IMG/VR virus record: IMGVR_UViG_3300006990_004842
Span: 1-64,000 of that record
From: a virus
DNA length: 64,000 nucleotides
Reading direction: 5' to 3' (one strand)
A model generated the notes under the pieces. That model worked only from the letters and a program-made list of their open reading frames with translations, searched no databases and had not been told where the DNA came from. Positions 37,747 through 47,329 of this stretch are shown here, in pieces. The position numbers and the translations under genes are program-made. Numbering within the stretch: position 1 is the stretch's first letter; each line of letters begins with the position of its first letter.

Positions 37747-38282
37747 CTTTCTAATACTCCAAAGTGTGCAAATGTTTGCTGAACACATACTGCTTGATAG
37801 TATGCATCGGCGTCTGCACTGTGTAAATCTTGTTGTATGGCTTTACGTGGGTCAACTGGCATCATATTAAAGATTGTTCTACAATCTTGTACTTGCCAAA
37901 ATGCCCAACGTCTATGATGATCAAATTGTTTGAACAAGTCCTCAAGAATTACCATATCAAATTGTGGACCTTGACACCAAATTTTGTCAACGTCCCATAA
38001 CCATTTATTTAAGTCCTTAAAAAATTCATCTAGTGGCAGTCTACCTTCTTCGCTGAATGCTTCGTCTTGGATATGCTGTGGTAACTTTGCCCACCATTCT
38101 AATGTGCTTTCTAACACACTACGTCCAGATTCCATTTGTTCATCAGCACTTGGGCGCCACAATGTTTTAGTATGCGGTTCTTGTGAAGTGTAAGGATTAA
38201 ACTTAACAGCACCAACAGATAAGACAACACAATCAGGTTCTGTGCCTAGTGTTTCTATGTCTATCATAGCATGTGTAGCCAT
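37743..38282 (-). CDS. DEDD 3'-5' exonuclease (DexA/Rv2179c-like)
   Basis: MIDIETLGT, TLEWW, FDMVILE, DCRT, HSADADA. Confidence 0.88.
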   Translation of the reverse strand: MATHAMIDIETLGTEPDCVVLSVGAVKFNPYTSQEPHTKTLWRPSADEQMESGRSVLESTLEWWAKLPQHIQDEAFSEEGRLPLDEFFKDLNKWLWDVDKIWCQGPQFDMVILEDLFKQFDHHRRWAFWQVQDCRTIFNMMPVDPRKAIQQDLHSADADAYYQAVCVQQTFAHFGVLER

Positions 38283-38305
38283 ACGATTACTCCATTAAAA
38301 GTAAT

Positions 38306-38334
38306 ATTATACTATGTTATGAGAGAATTGTCAA
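38306..38334 (-). promoter_or_regulatory. early promoter
   Basis: TTGACA-17-TATAAT. Confidence 0.75.
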
Positions 38335-39024
38335 GAATTGTGCCGCAAAATATTTATGGCCTTTTGCAGATATATGTCCATCATGTGTTTCTCCAAACCG
38401 CATTGCCGCACCTGTCATTGTAAAAGGCATAGATATATTATTCCAATGTGGGTTGCTTATGTGTGTGTAATTCCAAATTTGGTTAGAAAATTTTACTTCT
38501 GACAACATTTCATATTCTGGTACCAATGGTACCGCTGTGTGGATAATTTTATTTACACCTATATTTTTCAAGTATGTATCCACATGATTCATATACAAAA
38601 GTGTGTTTATAAAACCATCAGTAGAATTATGAAGATTACTGTAATAACTAATTACTGGTTCTTCCTCCAGCCATGGGCCAATGGTATAGATATCACTTTG
38701 GTATATGTCAACAGAAGAATCATCTGATGTTCTTGTTTCAGGATAACGATCAGGTGTATATGCATCAGTGAGTATGCTTACTCTATCTGGGAACGACCAA
38801 CAAAGTATTACTGTGTCATCTTTTTTGTGCTCTGAGTTTAAGACAACATGCCAAATATGTTTGTTACCAATTCCACAACATGCTCTGTTAGAGCAATCAA
38901 AATTTAATGACTTTGCTAATATATACGGCCACGAATTTTTGTCTGGTATTTCTGGACTTAGGTCATCTAGATCTAGACCTTGTCCTACAGTAAAACTATC
39001 GCCGTAAGCAACAATCCTAGACAT
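38317..39024 (-). CDS. SGNH hydrolase-like protein, paralogue 3
   Basis: AYGDSFTVG, SWP, N.A..G.GN, WS..DR, DGHISAKGH. Confidence 0.7.
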   Translation of the reverse strand: MSRIVAYGDSFTVGQGLDLDDLSPEIPDKNSWPYILAKSLNFDCSNRACCGIGNKHIWHVVLNSEHKKDDTVILCWSFPDRVSILTDAYTPDRYPETRTSDDSSVDIYQSDIYTIGPWLEEEPVISYYSNLHNSTDGFINTLLYMNHVDTYLKNIGVNKIIHTAVPLVPEYEMLSEVKFSNQIWNYTHISNPHWNNISMPFTMTGAAMRFGETHDGHISAKGHKYFAAQFLTILS

Positions 39025-39025
39025 T

Positions 39026-39889
39026 TTACAAGACTAATTTTTCTTCGTCAGCAATCTTGTTTTTATTAGCATTTACTGAACTGAGCTGACCAGCACCTTT
39101 AACACCTTCAGCCCAAACCATTTTTTCAAATGGATCTTGTTCGCCTGTTTTGACTCTTTCCCAAAATTCAGACTTTTGTCCTATTCTTTCTAAGAACCAA
39201 GAAATCTTGTATGCACTACGCACTCTGGCATTTTGCATATCAGGATGACCAAAGTCTCTGGGATCGTCTGGATTACCTTCCATGTACTTTCTATTTTGGA
39301 AAGTTTCGTCATCATTGTTGCCTGTGATATCAGCTCTATCGTGAATAAACTCTACATCAATTCTTTCAAAGATATCCAGCATGTATGCAATGTGACTAAG
39401 CCAAGCATCGTTCTGTGCATTTTGGCTGAGATGATCCATTAAGCGGAACCAATCTTTAGGCACAATAGGTAGAATAGCATATGGGTGTCCACCATGATTA
39501 TCTCTAGGTGCTAGTAATTTGAATTGACCATTATACTTGGTAATTTCATCGTCCCAATTATCACTAACCATTAATGCATCATCATTCCAAAAGAATAACC
39601 ATTCTCCAGTAGAACTTCCTGCTAGTGTGTTCACATAGGTGTGCAGATTTTCATATCCAAGAGGTTTGAAAATATTTGCTCTACATTCAATTTCATGTTC
39701 ACGCAAATAAGGAGCAATTTCATCTTCAATGTATTTTTTTACATCGTTATCGTCTTCATCTAATCCTAAGATGATCTCTATTCGTTTAGTTACTCTTGCC
39801 TTTGATACTAAAGTTTCTAAACTTGTTTTTAATACTTCTGTTCTCCCTCTTGTGGGTAACAGTACCGTGATTATTGTTTCATCACTCAT
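39026..39889 (-). CDS. GT2-like glycosyltransferase
   Basis: LLPTRGR, LDEDD, FFWNDDA. Confidence 0.78.
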   Translation of the reverse strand: MSDETIITVLLPTRGRTEVLKTSLETLVSKARVTKRIEIILGLDEDDNDVKKYIEDEIAPYLREHEIECRANIFKPLGYENLHTYVNTLAGSSTGEWLFFWNDDALMVSDNWDDEITKYNGQFKLLAPRDNHGGHPYAILPIVPKDWFRLMDHLSQNAQNDAWLSHIAYMLDIFERIDVEFIHDRADITGNNDDETFQNRKYMEGNPDDPRDFGHPDMQNARVRSAYKISWFLERIGQKSEFWERVKTGEQDPFEKMVWAEGVKGAGQLSSVNANKNKIADEEKLVL

Positions 39890-40785
39890 TGAGGATTACC
39901 TGTAAATAGTTTTCTGATATTGCCACGGAATGTGTAATGTCCTACATGGCTAAGTGCTGTACGTGGATCTAAATAAACTTTACCACCCATTTGTTGCCAC
40001 AGTCTACAGAATGTGTAGTCCTCTGACAAATAACGTCTTGTATCAGGATCAATCATTGTGTCAAACAATGCATACATAAATGGTTCAAACTTTTGATCTA
40101 CGTTGATGTCATTGTTGTATTTCATCTCTGGGTGAGCATCAAACATTTGTTGTATAGTATCTTTACGGATACACATAAATCCTGTACCAGCATCTTTGAG
40201 TTCTATCAAGTTGTCTGTGATTTGAACCTGTGTTGTTTTTTCGCCTTTATCATTTTTCATAAAGTCAAAATTTACAACATAGTTTGAACTATGTCCCTCA
40301 ATAGTATTTTCATTCTCTTCTGGATTGGCTCTAGCCGCACCAATAATACTTTGCCAGTTAATTGCTTTTTTAGGATAAGCACCAACCACAACAGGTTTAT
40401 CATATGCTACCATGCGTAACATATCTTCAGGATTGAATTCAATGTCAGCATCAACAAAAAATAAATGTGTTGCTTCTTTGTTTTCCATAAAGAAACTTGT
40501 TAGTGTGTTTCTTCCTCTGGTAACTAAACTTTCATTTGCAAGTGTACTAACAGTATAAGGAATATCATACTTGCCAAAAAGAATAGCAAGTCTCATCATA
40601 CTTCTAAAGTAAGGTTCACCAATTTGTCCACCATAACAAGGTGTAGCAATAAAGATATGTTTTTGTCTTAATAATCCTACTGGTATTTCGATCTTTTGAT
40701 CAAGTAATTTATGCATTACAGATTCGTCATTCTTTGGGTTCTGTTTTGCAGGTGGTTTTTGTTTTGCTTTTTTCTTAGCCGGCAT
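39886..40785 (-). CDS. GT-A fold glycosyltransferase-like protein
   Basis: IATPCYGG, ESLVTRGRN, FVDADIEF, GTGFM, YLSEDYTFC. Confidence 0.78.
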   Translation of the reverse strand: MPAKKKAKQKPPAKQNPKNDESVMHKLLDQKIEIPVGLLRQKHIFIATPCYGGQIGEPYFRSMMRLAILFGKYDIPYTVSTLANESLVTRGRNTLTSFFMENKEATHLFFVDADIEFNPEDMLRMVAYDKPVVVGAYPKKAINWQSIIGAARANPEENENTIEGHSSNYVVNFDFMKNDKGEKTTQVQITDNLIELKDAGTGFMCIRKDTIQQMFDAHPEMKYNNDINVDQKFEPFMYALFDTMIDPDTRRYLSEDYTFCRLWQQMGGKVYLDPRTALSHVGHYTFRGNIRKLFTGNPQ

Positions 40786-40846
40786 GTGTATGTCCTGTAA
40801 TTTATATCTATACTTAGTTAGTAATTACTATTGTTTAGTAGTAATC

Positions 40847-40936
40847 TGGCGGAGAGTGAGGGATTCGAACCCTCGATACAGTTACCCGTATAACACCTTA
40901 GCAGGGTGCCGCTTTCGACCACTCAGCCAACTCTCC
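40847..40936 (-). tRNA. tRNA-Ser(GCT)
   Basis: Cloverleaf with long variable arm, GGTTCGAATCC, encoded CCA. Confidence 0.95.
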
Positions 40937-40941
40937 GAAAT

Positions 40942-41016
40942 TGGAGCGGATACCGAGAATCGAACTCGGATCTAAACGTTGGCAACGTCTTGTAATAGCC
41001 GTTATACTATATCCGC
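40942..41016 (-). tRNA. tRNA-Gly(GCC)
   Basis: GCGGATA acceptor stem, loop TT-GCC-AA, U discriminator plus CCA. Confidence 0.93.
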
Positions 41017-41023
41017 AACATAA

Positions 41024-41608
41024 TTATTTAACGAACGTGACCAAATTATTCTCATAAGTTTGGTTAGTATCTATTGTAGCATTAGATATGTGAATGTCAA
41101 GAGTTAATCTCAAGGTATTATTGTCAGGTACACGGACCTTGTGCTTGATATGACCACTGTGAATTATCAGTCTATTGTACATATTGTGAAAGTATTGGTC
41201 TTCTAAAAACAAGCCAGAGTTTTTATCTTTGTCTAATGGATTTAGAAACAATGTAGATGACACATAAAATGTATCATCATTAACACCAATAAAATCTTGG
41301 TGCTCAGAAACTTTACTGCCATGAGAAAAAATTGGCATGTCTGATTTTACTTTCTGAGATAATGTTGCACGTGGTTCATATTCTGTGAGATAATCTGTAA
41401 ACCAATGTTGCAATAAAAAAGTTTGTTGTAGAGTACCTTGTTTTACGGGCATGCCAAAATGAATATGTTTAGATTCTCCATATTCTTTGTAGTAATTAGT
41501 AAAATTTGCTTTGGTTTTAATCCACGTTTGTATGGATTCTAAATGTTGGGCAGGAATAGCATTGTCTATAATATGTACAGGACTATTTTTAATTTTTGTT
41601 TTAATCAT
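41024..41608 (-). CDS. 2OG-Fe(II) oxygenase
   Basis: HQD, LFLN, NRLII...H.V....RLT. Confidence 0.7.
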   Translation of the reverse strand: MIKTKIKNSPVHIIDNAIPAQHLESIQTWIKTKANFTNYYKEYGESKHIHFGMPVKQGTLQQTFLLQHWFTDYLTEYEPRATLSQKVKSDMPIFSHGSKVSEHQDFIGVNDDTFYVSSTLFLNPLDKDKNSGLFLEDQYFHNMYNRLIIHSGHIKHKVRVPDNNTLRLTLDIHISNATIDTNQTYENNLVTFVK

Positions 41609-41617
41609 AATCCTACC

Positions 41618-41693
41618 TGGTGGAGCCGACAGGGGTCGAACCTGCGACCTTCTGGATGCAAACCAGACGCTCTCCCAACTGAGCTACGGCCCC
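41618..41693 (-). tRNA. tRNA-Ala(TGC)
   Basis: GGGGCCG acceptor with G3:U70, anticodon TGC, CCA. Confidence 0.95.
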
Positions 41694-41698
41694 GAATT

Positions 41699-41774
41699 TG
41701 GAGCTCGTAATCGGAATCGAACCAATGACCTACTGATTACAAATCAGTTGCTCTACCTGCTGAGCTATACGAGC
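41699..41774 (-). tRNA. tRNA-Thr(TGT)
   Basis: Stem ACTGA/TCAGT, loop TT-TGT-AA, CCA; TATAAATA just upstream. Confidence 0.95.
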
Positions 41775-41802
41775 ATAACAGTTTTTATTTATAGTTCAGT
41801 GA

Positions 41803-41970
41803 TTACCTTTCGTTTGGCTTTTTGGATACAAATTCATTTAGACGTTCGGCTTCTTTGAGTACGTCTTCAGTGGTAGGCATGTCCTCAGGATTTTTTGCTC
41901 TAGCCTGTAGGATTTCTCTTGCCTCGCGAACTAGATCAAGTCTAATCTCATATGGTGTTTTATTGGACAT
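41803..41970 (-). CDS. 55-aa conserved phage protein
   Basis: MSNKTPYEIRLDL...PTTEDVL..AE.LNEFVS; AAGGA RBS; not in ORF track. Confidence 0.75.
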   Translation of the reverse strand: MSNKTPYEIRLDLVREAREILQARAKNPEDMPTTEDVLKEAERLNEFVSKKPNER

Positions 41971-42074
41971 TTATTAATTTCCTTTACAAATTATTATAAA
42001 CATATTTATCAGTATCTAAATAATTAGTTAACACGAGCTTTAAGTTGATAAATAGAACATCAACAAGGAGAGAA

Positions 42075-42281
42075 ATGCCTATAAAATTTAAGCCCTCACA
42101 AAAAACATTCGTAAAAGGACGAGGAACTAGAATTGAGCATTTCTACATCAAGAACACATCGACTAAAGAACTTATTGAGTACATCAATAAAGGTCAAAAA
42201 CCAAAAGTAAAACAAAAGTGTCGTAATGAACTCGATCGTAGAGGTGTAAATTTAGTTTGGGTTCCAGTAACGTCTGACTAG
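42075..42281 (+). CDS. small basic late protein
   Basis: TAAATA and AAGGAG before MPIKFKPS. Confidence 0.7.
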   Translation: MPIKFKPSQKTFVKGRGTRIEHFYIKNTSTKELIEYINKGQKPKVKQKCRNELDRRGVNLVWVPVTSD

Positions 42282-42650
42282 TTTGTATTCTAAACCGTAC
42301 GCCTCAACTTCACGTTGATCTCTGCCTTTGTGGCTTTTCCTAGATTCAAAAGTACACCCTTCTATAAGTTGTTTTGCATGAACTAATTCATGTGCAAAGG
42401 TCACAACAACTTCATCAAAGTCATACCTTTCGTATTCATAACCTATGTTGGTGCCTCTTGCTAATTCTATAATAATAGATTCGTTGTCTCCTAAACAATA
42501 ACCCATAGCACCATCCAGATGTTTTTCAGATCTTATTTCTATATCAACGTCGTGATCGATGTCTTTACACAGATGATTTAGAACATCTTGACCAAACTGT
42601 TCTAGTTGACGCTTCTGCTGGAGTTGTCCTGTAAAGAAAAAGTGAATCAT
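42252..42650 (-). CDS. zincin-type metallopeptidase
   Basis: TFAHELVHAKQ...EVEAY. Confidence 0.75.
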   Translation of the reverse strand: MIHFFFTGQLQQKRQLEQFGQDVLNHLCKDIDHDVDIEIRSEKHLDGAMGYCLGDNESIIIELARGTNIGYEYERYDFDEVVVTFAHELVHAKQLIEGCTFESRKSHKGRDQREVEAYGLEYKLVRRYWNPN

Positions 42651-43711
42651 ATGTCTGTACCAATCCTATTAGAATTTTGTATATCCTTATCTTTGACATA
42701 GTCATTAAAAATTTCAAGCAAAGGTTCAAAGTTGTGAAACTTTGGAGCAAGTTGATACTGTCTTTTATTATACCAATCAGTTAGTTCATTGTACTTAACC
42801 AATGGTTTTCTGTACAGGGTATTAAAATAATCTAAATTGCCAGATTGTTTCATATAGTGTATACGAAGTAATTCAAAACCTGTTTCTTTTCTAAATGGTA
42901 CTTTGTATTCTGCCCAATCAAATGCTTTGTAATATTTTATTTTGTAATCATACTGATCATATCTAAACATTTTATCATTGAGCATGTAAGGCATTTCATG
43001 ATATTGTTTGATTACACGCATATTATTATAGTATGCAAGATATAAAATTTCACTACTCATATAGAAAGGGTCAACAATCAAATCTATATTATTTTTATTT
43101 GCAAAATTTAACCATGGCACATATCTTCTTTTATAAAGATCTTTATCCTGCTCGATCCTCATATCAGTAGATACTGGATTTGGTTTATAACCTGGAGGAT
43201 AACATTTGCCATCAAAGTAACCTATGTGTTGAGCCTCGCCACCTATTACAAATGTACTGTCATCTAAATTGTCTAATATGCATTTAGCCTGTGTTGCAAT
43301 TTGAGGACTGTTAAAATAATATTCCTTAGCAAAATCTAACACATGATTGTCTTCTATGAAATCACGCAAATCAAAATCAACGTATGTGTGGTCAGCACCC
43401 ATATGGTCTGCAAATATTTTACTAGATACTACATCGCCTGGGTTGACCACACTGTCGTCCCACATAAATCTAAAGGTTATACATTTTACATTATTACAGT
43501 ACCTATTAAACACATTAAAAGCAAACTGGCTGTCTATGCCGCCACTTAGTAACAATGTAATGGGTTTATCTTTGTAAGGTTCTAATGCTTTTTTGAAATG
43601 ATGTTGTATGTCATAATTGGTTGGCTCTTGTATATAGACGTTGGATACTCCTTCAGAAAAATCAAAAGAAAATGATTTAGAGTCACCAAAAGATAGAGCG
43701 TTTGTTGCCAT
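42647..43711 (-). CDS. PP-loop ATP pyrophosphatase (asparagine synthase-like)
   Basis: LLLSGGIDSQ; SPQ; RKETGFE. Confidence 0.65.
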   Translation of the reverse strand: MATNALSFGDSKSFSFDFSEGVSNVYIQEPTNYDIQHHFKKALEPYKDKPITLLLSGGIDSQFAFNVFNRYCNNVKCITFRFMWDDSVVNPGDVVSSKIFADHMGADHTYVDFDLRDFIEDNHVLDFAKEYYFNSPQIATQAKCILDNLDDSTFVIGGEAQHIGYFDGKCYPPGYKPNPVSTDMRIEQDKDLYKRRYVPWLNFANKNNIDLIVDPFYMSSEILYLAYYNNMRVIKQYHEMPYMLNDKMFRYDQYDYKIKYYKAFDWAEYKVPFRKETGFELLRIHYMKQSGNLDYFNTLYRKPLVKYNELTDWYNKRQYQLAPKFHNFEPLLEIFNDYVKDKDIQNSNRIGTDI

Positions 43712-43792
43712 ACAATGTATTTATTCTAGTAAAATATGATAAATACTTATTAGAAATATCCATACATTTAGGACATTACTGGAGCAAATAAA

Positions 43793-45367
43793 ATGGCAAA
43801 ATATTTAATATCGTTAGATAGTGAAGTATATGCTGATAATGCGGCTGGTGCTACAGCCATTACTGATACGGGTGCATCAATTTACACTACGTTTAACTTA
43901 CCGTTAACGTATGAAATTGAAGCAACGCCAGAGCAAATGAACGACATCAGTAATATTACATTACAAGAATATTCAACACTTTCAACGCAAATTATACCTC
44001 AAGGTGCAACATTTAGTTTAGCACACTTGAATTACACTCAAGATCCGCAAGGAAACATTACGTATCAAAACGTACAAAATGGTGCAGGAGTAGATGTATT
44101 CTTGATTGATACAGGAATCAACCCATCTCACCAAGAATTTACAACTGCAAACATTTCCAACTTGTGGTCAAATTTTTCAGATGATAGCGAAATAGATGAT
44201 TACCTCGATGTTGTTGGGCATGGAACAGCAGTTGGAAGTTTAATTGCAGGTGGTAACATTGGCGCGGCTCCAGGCGCACAAATTCACAATGTTAAACTGT
44301 TTAATGCAGTTGACGGTAATGTCACTATAGGTCAAATTGTAAACAGTCTAGATGCTGTATATAACTATCACCAAAGCAATGATAACACAAAACCTAAAAT
44401 TGTTTGTACACCATGGGTAATCAGCCAAAACAGTTTTGTTGATGCAAAGATTCAACAGATGAATCAGAACAACATGATTGTTGTTGCATCAGCCGGTAAC
44501 AATGGACAAGACGTAAACATGTATTCACCAGCAGGAAATGATTTTGCAATCACTGTAGGTGCATTTAACAGCAGTAATGAAGTAACAACATTTACTAATG
44601 GTCCTACAACAGACGGTAGTAGTGGTTTTGTAAACTATGGTTCGGCACTAGATTGTTTTGCACTAGCAGTAGATATTAGTGTTGCTGATAGCAGTAATGT
44701 TGCAAACTATAATACGTCAACAGGAACAAGTTTAGCGGCAGGTATTGCGGCAGGTGCTCTTGCAGGTTATGCTCAACGTGATACTGATCTAAGTGCTCCA
44801 GAACTTAAAGAAAGATTCTTAGCAGAAGGTCACATGTGGGGAGTCAACGACTTAACATATGATAATGCCAATGTTAACTATAGCACAGTTTACAAATCAA
44901 TGGTAACAACCATAAGTAATCAAACACCAGTTTTGTTTGCAGAACAATCAGGTAGAATTAAAAACGTACAACATGGTACAACTACAACTTTTGATTTAGG
45001 CAAAGTTGCCAACTCTGCAGAAATTGCAGTACTAGACTTTGCTCCTTTACCACCGTGGATCAGTTTAGATGTAAACACAGGTATTGTGACAATTGATGGC
45101 ACTCATGCAGACTGTAGTGCAGATTTAGCACCAGGTGTATATATCTTTGCTGTCAAAGGCACAGTGTCACCTACAGCAGATTCTGCAGACAATGTTATTG
45201 TTGTTGAAGAATACAGTGTTGGTTTATATACAACAAATGAATCAGAAGTGGATGGCAGTGGTGACGGTGCAATCAGTTCATACTACTATGATAATAGTAA
45301 TAACGAATATGATGAAGTTGTAAACTATCAAGTTGCTCCTTCAAGTACACCATCATTTAAGCACTAA
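43793..45367 (+). CDS. subtilisin-family (S8) serine protease with C-terminal Ig-like region
   Basis: IDTG, GHGTAV, SAGN, GTSLA triad; LPPWISLD..TG; late promoter; no signal peptide. Confidence 0.88.
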   Translation: MAKYLISLDSEVYADNAAGATAITDTGASIYTTFNLPLTYEIEATPEQMNDISNITLQEYSTLSTQIIPQGATFSLAHLNYTQDPQGNITYQNVQNGAGVDVFLIDTGINPSHQEFTTANISNLWSNFSDDSEIDDYLDVVGHGTAVGSLIAGGNIGAAPGAQIHNVKLFNAVDGNVTIGQIVNSLDAVYNYHQSNDNTKPKIVCTPWVISQNSFVDAKIQQMNQNNMIVVASAGNNGQDVNMYSPAGNDFAITVGAFNSSNEVTTFTNGPTTDGSSGFVNYGSALDCFALAVDISVADSSNVANYNTSTGTSLAAGIAAGALAGYAQRDTDLSAPELKERFLAEGHMWGVNDLTYDNANVNYSTVYKSMVTTISNQTPVLFAEQSGRIKNVQHGTTTTFDLGKVANSAEIAVLDFAPLPPWISLDVNTGIVTIDGTHADCSADLAPGVYIFAVKGTVSPTADSADNVIVVEEYSVGLYTTNESEVDGSGDGAISSYYYDNSNNEYDEVVNYQVAPSSTPSFKH

Positions 45368-45397
45368 AAATTATATCAAGAATTTTTTAATTCTTTG

Positions 45398-45446
45398 AAA
45401 CCTCATTATAAATACTAGCAACAGTAAATTATAATGAGGTTTTTTT
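45398..45446 (+). promoter_or_regulatory. late promoter inside an RBS-occluding hairpin/terminator
   Basis: 14-bp perfect inverted repeat 45398-411/45429-442; TATAAATA at 45407-14; GAGG in right arm; T run. Confidence 0.75.
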
Positions 45447-46475
45447 ATGGAACTTGACTTAACAACAAAGAACAATGTTTTTAATGCAGTTGGCTCTCAG
45501 GGGCAATGGTTTCAACACAGATGGGGTAAACGTTCTTACCCAAACTTAGAGCTCGACTTTGACGACGTAAAGAAAATTGTTTCTAAACTTGGCAAAGATG
45601 AATCTGTATATGCAAAATCAGTATACGGTGATTCCATGCAATGGGAAAACATTGCCGATTTAGCAAAGTTGTTAGGCGAAAAACTTATTATCACAACATA
45701 CGGTATGGCTGGCGAAGACCAAATAGAAGCCATTAATAAAACTGGTGCATTTGTGCATGTCATGTTAGATGGCATAGATGATTTATGTGGTAAAGTTTTT
45801 CTTAGAGCAAAATGGTCTAAGATAGATAAATTTATCGAAACATGCAATAACAGACTAATTGAGTTTTATGTGTATGAGCATAACAAACATCAAATTCCAG
45901 ATCTTATTAAGTACTGTCATAACAAAGACATTTTCCTAAAACTATCACCTGGCACAGCAAAAGATGCAGTTGGTAGTGCAATCATTGATCAAATGGGAGA
46001 GTGGCTATATGATGTTATGCCAGAGGCAGTAAACACAGACTTTAAGGGGCCTGGATATTGGACTGACGAACTTGAAGATTATGAAAATATCAAACCTATT
46101 GAACTTCAACGTAACACAGAAAATCACACATCATTAAGAACTTTTATGACCAGTCCTGAAGGACGAAGTGTGCTAGAAAAGCCACTGGTATCATCATTCA
46201 TTCCCAACGAAGATTATTTTGATGACTTTGCTGATGAGTACAAAGAAGAAACATCAGATAATTGCTATATTGCAGTGTCTGGTCATGTGTTTAAGAACCA
46301 TGAAGAATACACAATGTTTTCTCAAATGCTCTCACCTGATTGGGACGTATCTACCGAAACTTGTAAAACAGATGCAGTAACACATAATTTATTTGCACAA
46401 AAAGTTTTATGGTACGCCAAAAGATTCGATGAAGAATACATCAACGAAATCGAAATAGATAAAGTCTTTTCTTAA
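45447..46475 (+). CDS. degenerate radical-SAM-fold protein
   Basis: YGD, ITTYG, MLDGIDD, VYEHNKHQI pattern, but no CxxxCxxC. Confidence 0.5.
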   Translation: MELDLTTKNNVFNAVGSQGQWFQHRWGKRSYPNLELDFDDVKKIVSKLGKDESVYAKSVYGDSMQWENIADLAKLLGEKLIITTYGMAGEDQIEAINKTGAFVHVMLDGIDDLCGKVFLRAKWSKIDKFIETCNNRLIEFYVYEHNKHQIPDLIKYCHNKDIFLKLSPGTAKDAVGSAIIDQMGEWLYDVMPEAVNTDFKGPGYWTDELEDYENIKPIELQRNTENHTSLRTFMTSPEGRSVLEKPLVSSFIPNEDYFDDFADEYKEETSDNCYIAVSGHVFKNHEEYTMFSQMLSPDWDVSTETCKTDAVTHNLFAQKVLWYAKRFDEEYINEIEIDKVFS

Positions 46476-46759
46476 ACTAACCCAACGTATGTATTAGGAG
46501 ACCCTGTTGATACAGGGTGTCCACACGTGGCTAATGCGCCGATATGTGCAGGTGGTAATCCAGAACACCTAACTCTTGGAGCACCTTGTGCAATAAATGA
46601 AACTGTGTGAGGAGGTTCGCCGTGGGCTGATATTGCATCACCCAAAAGGCTTACAGGAATACCATTTACATTAACTCCAAAAGGAGGTATAGCACCAGGG
46701 CCAACAATGACTCCTAGTGTAACTAAATCTCCTATTTTTGAAATTGGTACGCCTGGCAT
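46472..46759 (-). CDS. PAAR tail-spike tip protein (gp5.4-like)
   Basis: VNVNGIPVSLLGD..H...PH, CGH..TGSPN; start 5 nt after TAAATA. Confidence 0.85.
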   Translation of the reverse strand: MPGVPISKIGDLVTLGVIVGPGAIPPFGVNVNGIPVSLLGDAISAHGEPPHTVSFIAQGAPRVRCSGLPPAHIGALATCGHPVSTGSPNTYVGLV

Positions 46760-46763
46760 GCAA

Positions 46764-47087
46764 TTATTTATCTTCAGTAGAATCGGAGCCTTGCAACTCC
46801 ATCTTAACTTCTTGATCAATCATGTCTTTATAATCATTTGCAGTAAGTTCTAAACTCTCTGCCAGTGTAAATATTTCTCTTGTACTTAATATAAGTTCTT
46901 GAGATGGTGAGGTTAGTAAGAAAGGTAGTAAGACAACATCTTCTTGATTAACATAAACTACTTTAGGTCTATCAACAGTGAGATACTTTTTATCTTCATC
47001 AACACCATTTAGTTTACATATAATCTCTTGTCCGTTGTTAGTACGAATAGTAACAACTTTACCTATTAGGTCAACAACGTTGTACAT
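46764..47087 (-). CDS. Sm-like domain protein
   Basis: VVTIRTNNGQEIICKL..RP..LPF. Confidence 0.6.
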   Translation of the reverse strand: MYNVVDLIGKVVTIRTNNGQEIICKLNGVDEDKKYLTVDRPKVVYVNQEDVVLLPFLLTSPSQELILSTREIFTLAESLELTANDYKDMIDQEVKMELQGSDSTEDK

Positions 47088-47329
47088 TAGATATCACCTA
47101 ATTTGCTAGTATCCAGTAATGCTTTGAACTCAGTGTAGCCGCCAATCTTTTCACCGTCAACAATAATTTGCGGAAAAGTTCTTGCTCCTGGAAATGTTTC
47201 CATTAGTGTTTCTCTGTCAAAGTCCTCGTCTAACATTTTGTATGTTAGTTCGTGTCCTTCTCTTTCTGCTAATGCTTTTGCCTGTACGCAAAAAGGACAT
47301 TGCGGTTTGCTGTATATTTCTACTATCAT
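47087..47329 (-). CDS. nrdC: glutaredoxin
   Basis: CPFC, RTFPQI, IGGY; follows nrdB. Confidence 0.92.
   Translation of the reverse strand: MIVEIYSKPQCPFCVQAKALAEREGHELTYKMLDEDFDRETLMETFPGARTFPQIIVDGEKIGGYTEFKALLDTSKLGDI

Noticed and set aside
40784-41858. Plus-strand ORFs 40784-40975 and 41511-41858
   Set aside because: Antisense shadows of tRNA genes.
42647-43711. QueC, completing a 7-deazaguanine pathway with queD
   Set aside because: Only SGGxDS matches. The C-terminal zinc cysteines are absent, and no folE, queE or dpdA is in the window.
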